This document shows positions 23,888 to 37,200 of a stretch of 64,000 nt of DNA, one piece after another. Within the stretch, counting starts at the first letter, position 1; the number at the start of each line of letters is the position of its first letter. The stretch lies in the NCBI GenBank assembly GCA_964016885.1, contig OZ024744.1, forward strand, positions 129,084,001 to 129,148,000. The letters run 5' to 3'. The stretch comes from Eledone cirrhosa. Taxonomy: Eukaryota. A program made the position numbers and the translations under genes. The notes under the pieces were generated by a model. That model was not told where the DNA came from and ran no database searches. It worked only from the letters and a program-made list of their open reading frames with translations.

Positions 23888-26800
23888 GTTGAGTTTAAGT
23901 TAAGTTGGGATTAAGTTAAGTTGGGGTTAAGTTAAGATGGGGTTAAGTTATGTTGAGGTTAAGTTAAGTTGGGGTTAAATTAAGTTGGGGTTAAGTTAAG
24001 TTGGGGTTAAGTTAAGTTGGGGTTAGGTTAAGTTGGGTTTAAGTTAAGTTGGGGATAAGTTAAGTTGGGGTTAAGTTAAGTTGGGTTTAAGTTAAGTTGG
24101 GGTTAAGTTAAGTTGGGGTTAAGTTAAGTTGGGGTTAAATTAAGTTGGGGTTAAGTTAAGTTGGGGTTGAGTAAAGTTGGGGTTAAGTTAAGTTGGGGTT
24201 AAATTAAGTTGGGGTTAAGTTAAGTTGGGGTTGAGTGAAGTTGGGGTTAAGTTAAGTTGGGGTTAAATTAAGTTGGGGTTAAGTTTAGTTGGGGTTGAGT
24301 TTAGTTGGGGTTAATTTAAGTTGGGGTTAAGTTAAGTTGGTTAGTTAAGTTGAGTTTAAGTTAAGTTGGGGTTAATTTAAGTTGGGGTTAAGTTAAGTTG
24401 GGGTTAAGTTAATTTGGGGTTAAGTTAAGTTGGGGTTCAGTTAAGTTGGGGTTCAGTTAAGTTGGGGTTAAGTTGGGGTAAAATTAAGTTGGGGTTAAGT
24501 TAAGTTGCGGTTAAGTTAAAATGAGGTTAAGTTAAGTTGGGGTTAAGTTAAGTTGGGGTTAAGTTAAGTTGGGGCTAAGTTAAGTTGGGGCTAAGTTAAG
24601 TTGGGGCTAAGTTAAGTTGGGATTAAGTTAACTTTGGGTTAAGTTAAGTTGGGTTTGAGTTAAGTTGGGGTTAATTAAGTTGGGGTTAAGTTAAGTTGGG
24701 GTTAAGTTAAGTTGGGGTTAAGTTAAGTTGGGGTTAAGTTAAGTTGATGTTAAGTTAAGTTGGGGTTAATTTAAGTTGGGGTTAAGTTAAGTTGGGGCTA
24801 AGTTAAGTTGGGGTTAAGTTAATTAGGGTTAAGTTAAGTTGGGGTTAAGTTAAGTTGGGGTTAAGTTAAGTTGGGGTTAAGTTAATTTGTGGTTAAGTTA
24901 AGTTGGGGTTAAGTTAAGTTGGGGTTAAGTTAAGTTGGGGATAAGTTAAGTTGAGGATAAGTTAAGTTGGGGTTAATTAAGTTGGGTTTAAGTTAAGTTG
25001 GGGTTAAGTTAAGTTGGGGTTAAGTTAAGTTGGGGTTAAGTTAAGTTGGTTAGTTAAGTTGAGTTTAAGTTAAGTTGGGGTTAATTTAAGTTGGGGTTAA
25101 GTTAAGTTGGGGTTAAGTTAATTTGGGGTTAAGTTAAGTTGGGGTTCAGTTAAGTTGGGGTTAAGTTAAGTTGGGGTTAAGTTGGGGTAAAATTAAGTTG
25201 GGGTTAAGTTAAGTTGCGGTTAAGTTAAAATGAGGTTAAGTTAAGTTGGGGTTAAGTTAAGTTGGGGTTAAGTTAAGTTGGGGCTAAGTTAAGTTGGGGC
25301 TAAGTTAAGTTGGGGCTAAGTTAAGTTGGGGTTAAGTTAACTTTGGGTTAAGTTAAGTTGGGTTTGAGTTAAGTTGGGGTTAATTAAGTTGGGGTTAAGT
25401 TAAGTTGGGGTTAAGTTAAGTTGGGGTTAAGTTAAGTTGGGGTTAAGTTAAGTTGATGTTAAGTTAAGTTGGGGTTAATTTAAGTTGGGGTTAAGTTAAG
25501 TTGGGGCTAAGTTAAGTTGGAGCTAAGTTAAGTTGGGGCTAAGTTAAGTTGGGGTTAAGTTAAGTTGGGGTTAAGTTAAGGTGGGGTTAAGTTAAGTTGG
25601 TGGTAAGTTAAGTTGGGGGTAAGTTAAGATGGGGTTAAGTTAGGGTTAAGTTAAGTTAGGGTTAAGTTAATTTGGGGTTGAGTTAAGTTGGGGTTAAGTT
25701 AAGTGGTGGTTATGTTAAGTTGGGGTTAAGTTAAGTTGGGGTTAATTTAAATTGGGGTTAATTTAAATTTGTTGTTAAGTTAAGTTGGGGTTAATTTAAG
25801 TTGGGGTTAAGTTAAGTTGGGGTTGAGTTAAGTTGGGGTTGAGTGAAGTTGGGGTTAAGTTAAGTTGGGGTTAAGTTAAGTTGGGGTTGAGTTAAGTTGG
25901 GGTTAATTTAAGTTGGGGCTAAGTTCATTTGGGGTTCAGTTAAGTTGGGGTTAAATTAAGTTGGGGTTAAGTTAAGTTGGGGTTAAATTAAGTTGGGGTT
26001 AAGTTAAGTTGGGGTTAAGTTAAGTTGGGGTTAAGTTAATTTGGGGTTAAGTGAAGTTAGGGTTAAGTTAAGTTGGGGTTGAGTTAAGTTGGGGGTAAGT
26101 TAAGTTGGGGTTATGTTAAGTTGGGGTTACGTTAAGTTGGGTTTAAGTTAAGTTGGGGTTAAGTTAAGTTGGGGTTAAGTTAAGTTGGGGTTAATTTAAG
26201 TTGGGGTTAAGTTAAGTTGGGATTAATTTAAGTTGGGGTTAAGTTAAGTTGGGGTTAAGTTAAGTTGGGGTTAAATTAAGTTGGGGTTAAGTTAAGTTGG
26301 GGTAAAGTTAAGTTGGGGTTAAGTTAATTTGGGGTTAAGTTAAGTTAGGGTAAAGTTAAGTTGGGGTTGAGTTAAGTTGGGGTAAGTTAAGTTGGGGTTA
26401 AGTTAAGTTGGGGTTAAGTTAAGTTGGGGTTAAGTTAAGTTAGGCTTAACTTAAGTTGGGGTTAAGTTAAGTTGGGGGTGAGTTAAGTTGGGGGTAAGTT
26501 AAGTTGGGGTTAAGTTAAGTTGGGGTTAAGTTGGGGTTAAGTTAAGTTAGGGTTAAGTTAATTTGGGGTTGAGTTAAGTTGGGGTTAAGTTAAGTGGTGG
26601 TTATGTTAAGTTGGGGTTAAGTTAAGTTGGGGTTAATTTAAATTGGGGTTAATTTAAATTTGTTGTTAAGTTAAGTTGGGGTTAATTTAAGTTGGGGTTA
26701 AGTTAAGTTGGGGTTGAGTTAAGTTGTGGTTGAGTGAAGTTGGGGTTAAGTTAAGTTGGGGTTAAATTAAGTTGGGGTTAAGTTAAGTTGGGGTTGAGTT

Positions 26801-29140
26801 AAGTTGGGGTTAATTTAAGTTGGGGCTAAGTTAATTTGGGGTTAAGTTAAGTTGGGGTTAAATTAAGTTGGGGTTAAGTTAAGTTGGGGTTAAGTTAAGT
26901 TGGGCTTAAGTTAATTTGGGGTTAAGTGAAGTTAGGGTTAAGTTAAGTTGGGGCTGAGTTAAGTTGGGGGTAAGTTAAGTTGGGGTTATGTTAAGTTGGG
27001 GTTAAGTTAAGTTGGGGTTAAGTTAAGTTGGGGTTCAGTTAAGTTGCGGTTAAGTTAAGTTGGGGTTAAGTTAAGTTGGGGTTAAGTTAAGTTGGGGTTA
27101 ATTTAAGTTGGGGTTAAGTTAAGTTGGGGTTAAGTTAATTTGTGGTTAAGTTAAGTTGGGGTTAAGTTAAGTTGGGGTTAAATTCAGTCGGGGTTAAGTT
27201 AAGTCGGGGTTAAGTTACGTTGGGGTTAAGTTAAGTTGGGGTTAAGTTAAGTTGGGGTTGAGTTAAGTTGGGGTTAAGTTAAGTTGGGGTTAAGTTAAGT
27301 TGGGGTTAAGTTAAGTTGGGGTTAAGTTAAGTTGGGGTTAAGTTAAGTTGGGGTTAATTTAAGTTGGGGTTAATTTAAGTTGGGGTTAAGTTAAGTTGGG
27401 GTTAAGTTAAGTTGGGGTAACGTTAAGTTGGGGGTAAGTTAAGTTGGGGTTAAGTTAAGTTGGGGTTAAGTTGGGGTTAAGTTAAGTTAGGGTTAACTTA
27501 AGTTGGGGTTGTGTTAAGTGGTGGTTATGTTAAGTGGTGGTTATGTTAAGTTGGGGTTAAGTTAAGTTGGGGTTAAGTTAAGTTGGGGTTAAGTTAAGTT
27601 GGGGTTAAGTTAATTAGGGTTAAGTTAAGTTGGGTTTAAGTTAAGTTGGGGTTAAGTTAATTTGTGGTTAAGTTAAGTTGGGGTTAAGTTAAGTTGGGGT
27701 TAAGTTAACTTTGGGTTAAGTTAAGTTGGGTTTGAGTTAAGTTGGGGTTAATTAAGTTGGGGTTAAGTTAAGTTGGGGTTAAGTTAAGTTGGGGTTAAGT
27801 TAAGTTGGGGTTAAGTTAAGTTGATGTTAAGTTAAGTTGGGGTTAATTTAAGTTGGGGTTAAGTTAAGTTGGGGCTGAGTTAAGTTGGAGCTAAGTTAAG
27901 TTGGGGCTAAGTTAAGTTGGGGTTAAGTTAAGTTGGGGTTAAGTTAAGGTGGGGTTAAGTTAAGTTGGGGTCAACTTAAGTTGGGGTTAAGTTAAGTTGG
28001 GGTTAACTTAAGTTGGGGTTAAGTTAAGTTGGGGTTAAGTTAAGTTGGGGTTAAGTTAAGTTGGGGTTACGTTAAGTTGGGGGTAAGTTAAGTTGGTGGT
28101 AAGTTAAGTTGGGGGTAAGTTAAGATGGGGTTAAGTTAGGGTTAAGTTAAGTTAGGGTTAAGTTAATTTGGGGTTGAGTTAAGTTGGGGTTAATTTAAAT
28201 TGGGGTTAATTTAAATTTGTTGTTAAGTTAAGTTGGGGTTAATTTAAATTGGGGTTAATTTAAATTTGTTGTTAAGTTAAGTTGGGGTTAATTTAAGTTG
28301 GGGTTAAGTTAAGTTGGGGTTGAGTTAAGTTGGGGTTGAGTGAAGTTGGGGTTAAGTTAAGTTGGGGTTGAGTTAAGTTGGGGTTAATTTAAGTTGGGGC
28401 TAAGTTCATTTGGGGTTCAGTTAAGTTGGGGTTAAATTAAGTTGGGGTTAAGTTAAGTTGGGGTTAAATTAAGTTGGGGTTAAGTTAAGTTGGGGTTAAG
28501 TTAAGTTGGGGTTAAGTTAATTTGGGGTTAAGTGAAGTTAGAGTTAAGTTAAGTTGGGGTTGAGTTAAGTTGGGGGTAAGTTAAGTTGGGGTTATGTTAA
28601 GTTGGGGTTACGTTAAGTTGGGTTTAAGTTAAGTTGGGGTTAAGTTAAGTTGGGGTTAAGTTAAGTTGGGGTTAATTTAAGTTGGGGTTAAGTTAAGTCG
28701 GGGTTAAGTTAAGTTGGGGTTAAGTTAAGTTGCGGTTAAGTTAAGTTGGGGTTAAGTTAAGTTGGGGTTAAGTTAATTAGGGTTAAGTTAAGTTGGGGTT
28801 AAGTTAAGTTGGGGTTAAGTTAAGTTGGGGTTAAGTTAAGTTGGGTTTAAGTTAAGTTGGGGCTAAGTTAAGTTGGGGTTAAGTTAAGTTGGGGTTAATT
28901 TAAGTGGGGTTACATTAAGTTGAGGTTAAGTTAAGTTGTGGTTATGTTAAGTTAGGGTTAATTTAAGTTAGGGTTATGTTAAGTTGGGGTTAAGTTAAGT
29001 TGGGGTTAAGTTAGGTTGGTGTTAAGTTAAGTTGGGGTTAAGTTAAGTTTGGGTTATGTTAAGTTGGGGTTAAGTTAAGTTGGGGTTAAGTTAAGTTGGG
29101 GGTAAGTTAAGTTGGGTTTGAGTTAAGTTGGGGTTAAGTT
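23888..29140 (+). repeat. 16-bp satellite block 3
   Basis: Same monomer. The variant series is repeated about 7.41 kb downstream. Confidence 0.98.
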
Positions 29141-31298
29141 AGGTTTTTCGAAAACCTTATATAATCATTTTTTTTTAGGTTTTTCGAAACACCTTATATA
29201 ATCAATTTTTTTATGTTTTTCGAAAAACCTTATATAATCATTTTTTTTATACTTTTAGAAATATTTATATCTGATTTCAAATATTTATTTTTCTAGGTTT
29301 TTCAAAAGACCTTATATAATCAATTTTTTTTAGGTTTTTCGAAAAATGTTATATAATCAATTTTTTTTAGGTTTTTCGAAAAACCTTATATAATCAATTT
29401 TTTTTTAGGTTTTTCGAAACACCTTATATAATCAATTTTTTTTAGGTTTTTCGAAAAACCTTATATAATCAATTTTTTTTAGGTTTTTCGAAAAACCTTA
29501 TATAATCAATTTTTTTAGGTTTTTCGTAAAACCTTATATAATCAATTTTTTTAGGTTTTTCGAAAAACCTTATATAATCAATTTTTTTTAGGTTTTTCGA
29601 AGTACCTTATATAATTAATTTTTTTTAGGTTTTTCGAAAAATCTTATATAATTAATTTATATCTGATTTCAAATATTGATTTTTTTAGGTTTTTCGAAAA
29701 CCTTATATAATCAATTTTTTTTAGGTTTTTCGAAAAAGAATGAATTCATATTCGAAATATATACTTCTGCATTAATCTTTTTACGTTTTTCTGATTTTTT
29801 GCATGTTTTGAAATTTAAAAAAAAAGTAAAAAATGAATGCTTTTACAAATATTTTGAAATATTTACTTTCTGGTTTCGAATTTTGCAAATTAAATTTTTT
29901 TCGAAAAACCTAAAAAAATCAGTTTTCGAAATCAGAAGTTAATATTTCGAAAAACGCAATTTGAAAAACTCATATTAATTTTTTTTCGAATGAATTCTTT
30001 CATACTTTTAGAAATATTTATATCTGATTTCAAATATTGATTTTTTTTAGGTTTTTCGAAAAAGAATGAATTTGAGTTCATAGTCGAAATATATATTTCT
30101 GCATTGATCTTTGATCTTTTGTATGTTTTGAAATTTAAAAAAAACGTAAAAAATTAATGCTTTTACAAATATTTTGAAATATTTACTTTCTGGTTTCAAA
30201 GTTTGCAAATTAAATTTTTTTCGAAAAACCTAAAAAAATCAGTTTTCGAAATCAGAAGTTAATATTTCGAAAAACGCAATTTGAAAAACTCATATTAATT
30301 TTTTTTCGAATGAATTCTTTCATACTTTTAGAAATATTTATATCTGATTTCAAATATTGATTTTTTTAGGTTTTTCGAAAAATCTTATATAATCCATTTT
30401 TTTTTAGGTTTTTCGAAAAAGAATGAATTTGAGTTCATAGACGAAATATATACTTCTGCATTAATCTTTGATTTTTTGCATGTTTTGAAATTTAAAAAAA
30501 ACGTAAAAAATTAATATTTCGAAAAACGCAATTTGAAAAACTCATATTAATTTTTTTTCGAATGAATTCTTTTATACTTTTAGAAATATTTATATCTGAT
30601 TTTAAATATTGATTTTTTTAGGTTTACCTTATATAATCAAATTTTTTTAGGTTGTTCGAAAAATCTTATATAATCAAATTTTTTTAGGTTTTTCGAAAAA
30701 GAATTTGAGTTCATAGTCGAAATATATACTTCTGCATTAATCTTTTTACGTTTTTCTGATTTTTTGCATGTTTTGAAATTTAAAAAAAACGTAAAAAATT
30801 AATGCTTTTACAAATATTTTGAAATATTTACTTTCTGGTTTCAAATTTTGCAAATTAAATTTTTTTCGAAAAACCTAAAAAAATCAGTTTTCGAAATCAG
30901 AAGTTAATATTTCGAAAAACGCAATTTAAAAAACTCATATTAATTTTTTTTCGAATGAATTCTTTTAGAAATATTTATATCTGATTTCAAATATTGATTT
31001 TTTTAGGTTTTTCGAAAGACCTTATATAATCAATTTTTTTTAGGTTTTTCGGAAAACCTTATATAATCAATTTTTTTTATACTTTTAGAAATATTTATAT
31101 CTAATTTCAAATATTGATTTTTTTTAGATTTTTCGAAATACCTTATATAATCAATTTTTCTAGGTGTTTCGAAAAACCTTATATAATCAATTTTTTTTAG
31201 GTTTTTCGAAAGACCTTATATAATCAATATTTTTAGGTTTTTCGAAAAACCTTATATAATCAATTTCTTTAGGTTTTTCGACAACCTTATATAATCAA
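29141..31298. repeat. AT-rich composite island, copy 3 (~2.16 kb)
   Basis: Same junctions. Four long units; the right array is internally deleted relative to copy 2. Confidence 0.96.
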
Positions 31299-34200
31299 GT
31301 TGAGTTTAAGTTAAGTTGGGATTAAGTTAAGTTGGGGTTAAGTTAATATGGGGTTAAGTTATGTTGAGGTTAAGTTAAGTTGGGGTTAAATTAAGTTGGG
31401 GTTAAGTTAAGTTGGGGTTAAGTTAAGTTGGGGTTAGGTTAAGTTGGGTTTAAGTTAAGTTGGGGATAAGTTAAGTTGGGGTTAAGTTAAGTTGGGTTTA
31501 AGTTAAGTTGGGGTTAAGTTAAGTTGGGGTTAAGTTAAGTTGGGGTTAAATTAAGTTGGGGTTAAGTTAAGTTGGGGTTGAGTAAAGTTGGGGTTAAGTT
31601 AAGTTGGGGTTAAATTAAGTTGGGGTTAAGTTAAGTTGGGGTTGAGTGAAGTTGGGGTTAAGTTAAGTTGGGGTTAAATTAAGTTGGGGTTAAGTTTAGT
31701 TGGGGTTGAGTTTAGTTGGGGTTAATTTAAGTTGGGGTTAAGTTAAGTTGGTTAGTTAAGTTGAGTTTAAGTTAAGTTGGGGTTAATTTAAGTTGGGGTT
31801 AAGTTAAGTTGGGGTTAAGTTAATTTGGGGTTAAGTTAAGTTGGGGTTCAGTTAAGTTGGGGTTCAGTTAAGTTGGGGTTAAGTTGGGGTAAAATTAAGT
31901 TGGGGTTAAGTTAAGTTGCGGTTAAGTTAAAATGAGGTTAAGTTAAGTTGGGGTTAAGTTAAGTTGGGGTTAAGTTAAGTTGGGGCTAAGTTAAGTTGGG
32001 GCTGAGTTAAGTTGGGGCTAAGTTAAGTTGGGATTAAGTTAACTTTGGGTTAAGTTAAGTTGGGTTTGAGTTAAGTTGGGGTTAATTAAGTTGGGGTTAA
32101 GTTAAGTTGGGGTTAAGTTAAGTTGGGGTTAAGTTAAGTTGGGGTTAAGTTAAGTTGATGTTAAGTTAAGTTGGGGTTAATTTAAGTTGGGGTTAAGTTA
32201 AGTTGGGGCTAAGTTAAGTTGGGGTTAAGTTAATTAGGGTTAAGTTAAGTTGGGGTTAAGTTAAGTTGGGGTTAAGTTAAGTTGGGGTTAAGTTAATTTG
32301 TGGTTAAGTTAAGTTGGGGTTAAGTTAAGTTGGGGTTAAGTTAAGTTGGGGATAAGTTAAGTTGAGGATAAGTTAAGTTGGGGTTAATTAAGTTGGGTTT
32401 AAGTTAAGTTGGGGTTAAGTTAAGTTGGGGTTAAGTTAAGTTGGGGTTAAGTTAAGTTGGTTAGTTAAGTTGAGTTTAAGTTAAGTTGGGGTTAATTTAA
32501 GTTGGGGTTAAGTTAAGTTGGGGTTAAGTTAATTTGGGGTTAAGTTAAGTTGGGGTTCAGTTAAGTTGGGGTTAAGTTAAGTTGGGGTTAAGTTGGGGTA
32601 AAATTAAGTTGGGGTTAAGTTAAGTTGCGGTTAAGTTAAAATGAGGTTAAGTTAAGTTGGGGTTAAGTTAAGTTGGGGTTAAGTTAAGTTGGGGCTAAGT
32701 TAAGTTGGGGCTAAGTTAAGTTGGGGCTAAGTTAAGTTGGGGTTAAGTTAACTTTGGGTTAAGTTAAGTTGGGTTTGAGTTAAGTTGGGGTTAATTAAGT
32801 TGGGGTTAAGTTAAGTTGGGGTTAAGTTAAGTTGGGGTTAAGTTAAGTTGGGGTTAAGTTAAGTTGATGTTAAGTTAAGTTGGGGTTAATTTAAGTTGGG
32901 GTTAAGTTAAGTTGGGGCTAAGTTAAGTTGGAGCTAAGTTAAGTTGGGGCTAAGTTAAGTTGGGGTTAAGTTAAGTTGGGGTTAAGTTAAGGTGGGGTTA
33001 AGTTAAGTTGGTGGTAAGTTAAGTTGGGGGTAAGTTAAGATGGGGTTAAGTTAGGGTTAAGTTAAGTTAGGGTTAAGTTAATTTGGGGTTGAGTTAAGTT
33101 GGGGTTAAGTTAAGTGGTGGTTATGTTAAGTTGGGGTTAAGTTAAGTTGGGGTTAATTTAAATTGGGGTTAATTTAAATTTGTTGTTAAGTTAAGTTGGG
33201 GTTAATTTAAGTTGGGGTTAAGTTAAGTTGGGGTTGAGTTAAGTTGGGGTTGAGTGAAGTTGGGGTTAAGTTAAGTTGGGGTTGGGTTGAGTTAAGTTGG
33301 GGTTAATTTAAGTTGGGGCTAAGTTCATTTGGGGTTCAGTTAAGTTGGGGTTAAATTAAGTTGGGGTTAAGTTAAGTTGGGGTTAAATTAAGTTGGGGTT
33401 AAGTTAAGTTGGGGTTAAGTTAAGTTGGGGTTAAGTTAATTTGGGGTTAAGTGAAGTTAGGGTTAAGTTAAGTTGTGGTTGAGTTAAGTTGGGGGTAAGT
33501 TAAGTTGGGGTTATGTTAAGTTGGGGTTACGTTAAGTTGGGTTTAAGTTAAGTTGGGGTTAAGTTAAGTTGGGGTTAAGTTAAGTTGGGGTTAATTTAAG
33601 TTGGGGTTAAGTTAAGTTGGGATTAATTTAAGTTGGGGTTAAGTTAAGTTGGGGTTAAGTTAAGTTGGGGTTAAATTAAGTTGGGGTTAAGTTAAGTTGG
33701 GGTAAAGTTAAGTTGGGGTTAAGTTAATTTGGGGTTAAGTTAAGTTAGGGTAAAGTTAAGTTGGGGTTGAGTTAAGTTGGGGTAAGTTAAGTTGGGGTTA
33801 AGTTAAGTTGGGGTTAAGTTAAGTTGGGGTTAAGTTAAGTTAGGCTTAACTTAAGTTGGGGTTAAGTTAAGTTGGGGGTGAGTTAAGTTGGGGGTAAGTT
33901 AAGTTGGGGTTAAGTTAAGTTGGGGTTAAGTTGGGGTTAAGTTAAGTTAGGGTTAAGTTAATTTGGGGTTGAGTTAAGTTGGGGTTAAGTTAAGTGGTGG
34001 TTATGTTAAGTTGGGGTTAAGTTAAGTTGGGGTTAATTTAAATTGGGGTTAATTTAAATTTGTTGTTAAGTTAAGTTGGGGTTAATTTAAGTTGGGGTTA
34101 AGTTAAGTTGGGGTTGAGTTAAGTTGTGGTTGAGTGAAGTTGGGGTTAAGTTAAGTTGGGGTTAAATTAAGTTGGGGTTAAGTTAAGTTGGGGTTGAGTT

Positions 34201-37200
34201 AAGTTGGGGTTAATTTAAGTTGGGGCTAAGTTAATTTGGGGTTAAGTTAAGTTGGGGTTAAATTAAGTTGGGGTTAAGTTAAGTTGGGGTTAAGTTAAGT
34301 TGGGGTTAAGTTAATTTGGGGTTAAGTGAAGTTAGGGTTAAGTTAAGTTGGGGCTGAGTTAAGTTGGGGGTAAGTTAAGTTGGGGTTATGTTAAGTTGGG
34401 GTTAAGTTAAGTTGGGGTTAAGTTAAGTTGGGGTTCAGTTAAGTTGCGGTTAAGTTAAGTTGGGGTTAAGTTAAGTTGGGGTTAAGTTAAGTTGGGGTTA
34501 ATTTAAGTTGGGGTTAAGTTAAGTTGGGGTTAAGTTAATTTGTGGTTAAGTTAAGTTGGGGTTAAGTTAAGTTGGGGTTAAATTCAGTCGGGGTTAAGTT
34601 AAGTCGGGGTTAAGTTACGTTGGGGTTAAGTTAAGTTGGGGTTAAGTTAAGTTGGGGTTGAGTTAAGTTGGGGTTAAGTTAAGTTGGGGTTAAGTTAAGT
34701 TGGGGTTAAGTTAAGTTGGGGTTAAGTTAAGTTGGGGTTAATTTAAGTTGGGGTTAAGTTAAGTTGGGGTTAATTTAAGTTGGGGTTAATTTAAGTTGGG
34801 GTTAAGTTAAGTTGGGGTTAAGTTAAGTTGGGGTAACGTTAAGTTGGGGGTAAGTTAAGTTGGGGTTAAGTTAAGTTGGGGTTAAGTTGGGGTTAAGTTA
34901 AGTTAGGGTTAACTTAAGTTGGGGTTGTGTTAAGTGGTGGTTATGTTAAGTGGTGGTTATGTTAAGTTGGGGTTAAGTTAAGTTGGGGTTAAGTTAAGTT
35001 GGGGTTAAGTTAAGTTGGGGTTAAGTTAATTAGGGTTAAGTTAAGTTGGGTCTAAGTTAAGTTGGGGTTAAGTTAATTTGTGGTTAAGTTAAGTTGGGGT
35101 TAAGTTAAGTTGGGGTTAAGTTAACTTTGGGTTAAGTTAAGTTGGGTTTGAGTTAAGTTGGGGTTAATTAAGTTGGGGTTAAGTTAAGTTGGGGTTAAGT
35201 TAAGTTGGGGTTAAGTTAAGTTGGGGTTAAGTTAAGTTGATGTTAAGTTAAGTTGGGGTTAATTTAAGTTGGGGTTAAGTTAAGTTGGGGCTAAGTTAAG
35301 TTGGAGCTAAGTTAAGTTGGGGCTAAGTTAAGTTGGGGTTAAGTTAAGTTGGGGTTAAGTTAAGGTGGGGTTAAGTTAAGTTGGGGTCAACTTAAGTTGG
35401 GGTTAAGTTAAGTTGGGGTTAACTTAAGTTGGGGTTAAGTTAAGTTGGGGTTAAGTTAAGTTGGGGTTAAGTTAAGTTGGGGTTACGTTAAGTTGGGGGT
35501 AAGTTAAGTTGGTGGTAAGTTAAGTTGGGGGTAAGTTAAGATGGGGTTAAGTTAGGGTTAAGTTAAGTTAGGGTTAAGTTAAGTTGGGGTTGAGTTAAGT
35601 TGGGGTTGAGTGAAGTTGGGGTTAAGTTAAGTTGGGGTTGAGTTAAGTTGGGGTTAATTTAAGTTGGGGCTAAGTTCATTTGGGGTTCAGTTAAGTTGGG
35701 GTTAAATTAAGTTGGGGTTAAGTTAAGTTGGGGTTAAATTAAGTTGGGGTTAAGTTAAGTTGGGGTTAAGTTAAGTTGGGGTTAAGTTAATTTGGGGTTA
35801 AGTGAAGTTAGAGTTAAGTTAAGTTGGGGTTGAGTTAAGTTGGGGGTAAGTTAAGTTGGGGTTATGTTAAGTTGGGGTTACGTTAAGTTGGGTTTAAGTT
35901 AAGTTGGGGTTAAGTTAAGTTGGGGTTAAGTTAAGTTGGGGTTAATTTAAGTTGGGGTTAAGTTAAGTCGGGGTTAAGTTAAGTTGGGGTTAAGTTAAGT
36001 TGCGGTTAAGTTAAGTTGGGGTTAAGTTAAGTTGGGGTTAAGTTAATTAGGGTTAAGTTAAGTTGGGGTTAAGTTAAGTTGGGGTTAAGTTAAGTTGGGG
36101 TTAAGTTAAGTTGGGATTAAGTTAAGTTGGGGTTAAGTTAAGATGGGGTTAAGTTATGTTGAGGTTAAGTTAAGTTGGGGTTAAATTAAGTTGGGGTTAA
36201 GTTAAGTTGGGGTTAAGTTAAGTTGGGGTTAGGTTAAGTTGGGTTTAAGTTAAGTTGGGGATAAGTTAAGTTGGGGTTAAGTTAAGTTGGGTTTAAGTTA
36301 AGTTGGGGTTAAGTTAAGTTGGGGTTAAGTTAAGTTGGGGTTAAATTAAGTTGGGGTTAAGTTAAGTTGGGGTTGAGTGAAGTTGGGGTTAAGTTAAGTT
36401 GGGGTTAAATTAAGTTGGGGTTAAGTTAAGTTGGTGTTAAATTAAGTTGGGGTTAAATTAAGTTGGTGTTAAGTTAAGTTGGGGTTAAGTTAAGTTGGGG
36501 TTAATTAAGTTGGGGTTAAGTTAAGTTGGGGTTAAGTTAATTGGGGTTAAATTAAGTTAGGGTTGAGTTAAGTTGGGGTTAAGTTAAGTTGGGGTTATAT
36601 TAAGTTGGGGTTAAGTTAAGTTGGGGTTAAGTTAAGTTAGGGTTAATTTAAGTTAGGGTTATGTTAAGTTGGGGTTAAGTTAAGTTGGGGTTAAGTTAGG
36701 TTGGTGTTAAGTTAAGTTGGGGTTAAGTTAAGTTGGGGTTATGTTAAGTTGGGGTTAAGTTAAGTTGGGGTTAAGTTAAGTTGGGGTTGAGTTAAGTTGG
36801 GGTTGAGTTAAGTTGGGGTTGAGTGAAGTTGGGGTTAAGTTAAGTTGGGGTTAAATTAAGTTGGGGTTGAGTTAAGTTGGGGTTGAGTTAAGTTGGGGTT
36901 AATTTAAGTTGGGGCTAAGTTAATTTGTGGTTAAGTTAAGTTGGGGTTAAGTTAAGTTGGGGTTAAGTTAAGTTGGGGTTGAGTTAAGTAGGGGTTGAGT
37001 TAATTTGGGGTTAAGTTAAGTTGGGGTTAAGTTAAGTTGGGTTTAAGTTAAGTTGGGGTTAAATTAAGTTGGGGTTAAATTAAGTTGGGGTTAAGTTAAG
37101 TTGGGGGTAAGTTAAGTTGGGGGCAAGTTAAGTTGGGGTTAAGTTAAGTTGGGGTTAAGTTAAGTTGGGGTTAATTTAAGTTGGGGTTATGTTAAGTTGG

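Noticed and set aside
29676-29942. 88-aa ORF from the track
   Set aside because: It starts at TTG, is low-complexity (F/K/I/L-rich) and translates repeat DNA. It is open only because of a private T>G change at 29835 (TAA to GAA, codon 54); the homologous position in the other islands reads aaattaatgc.
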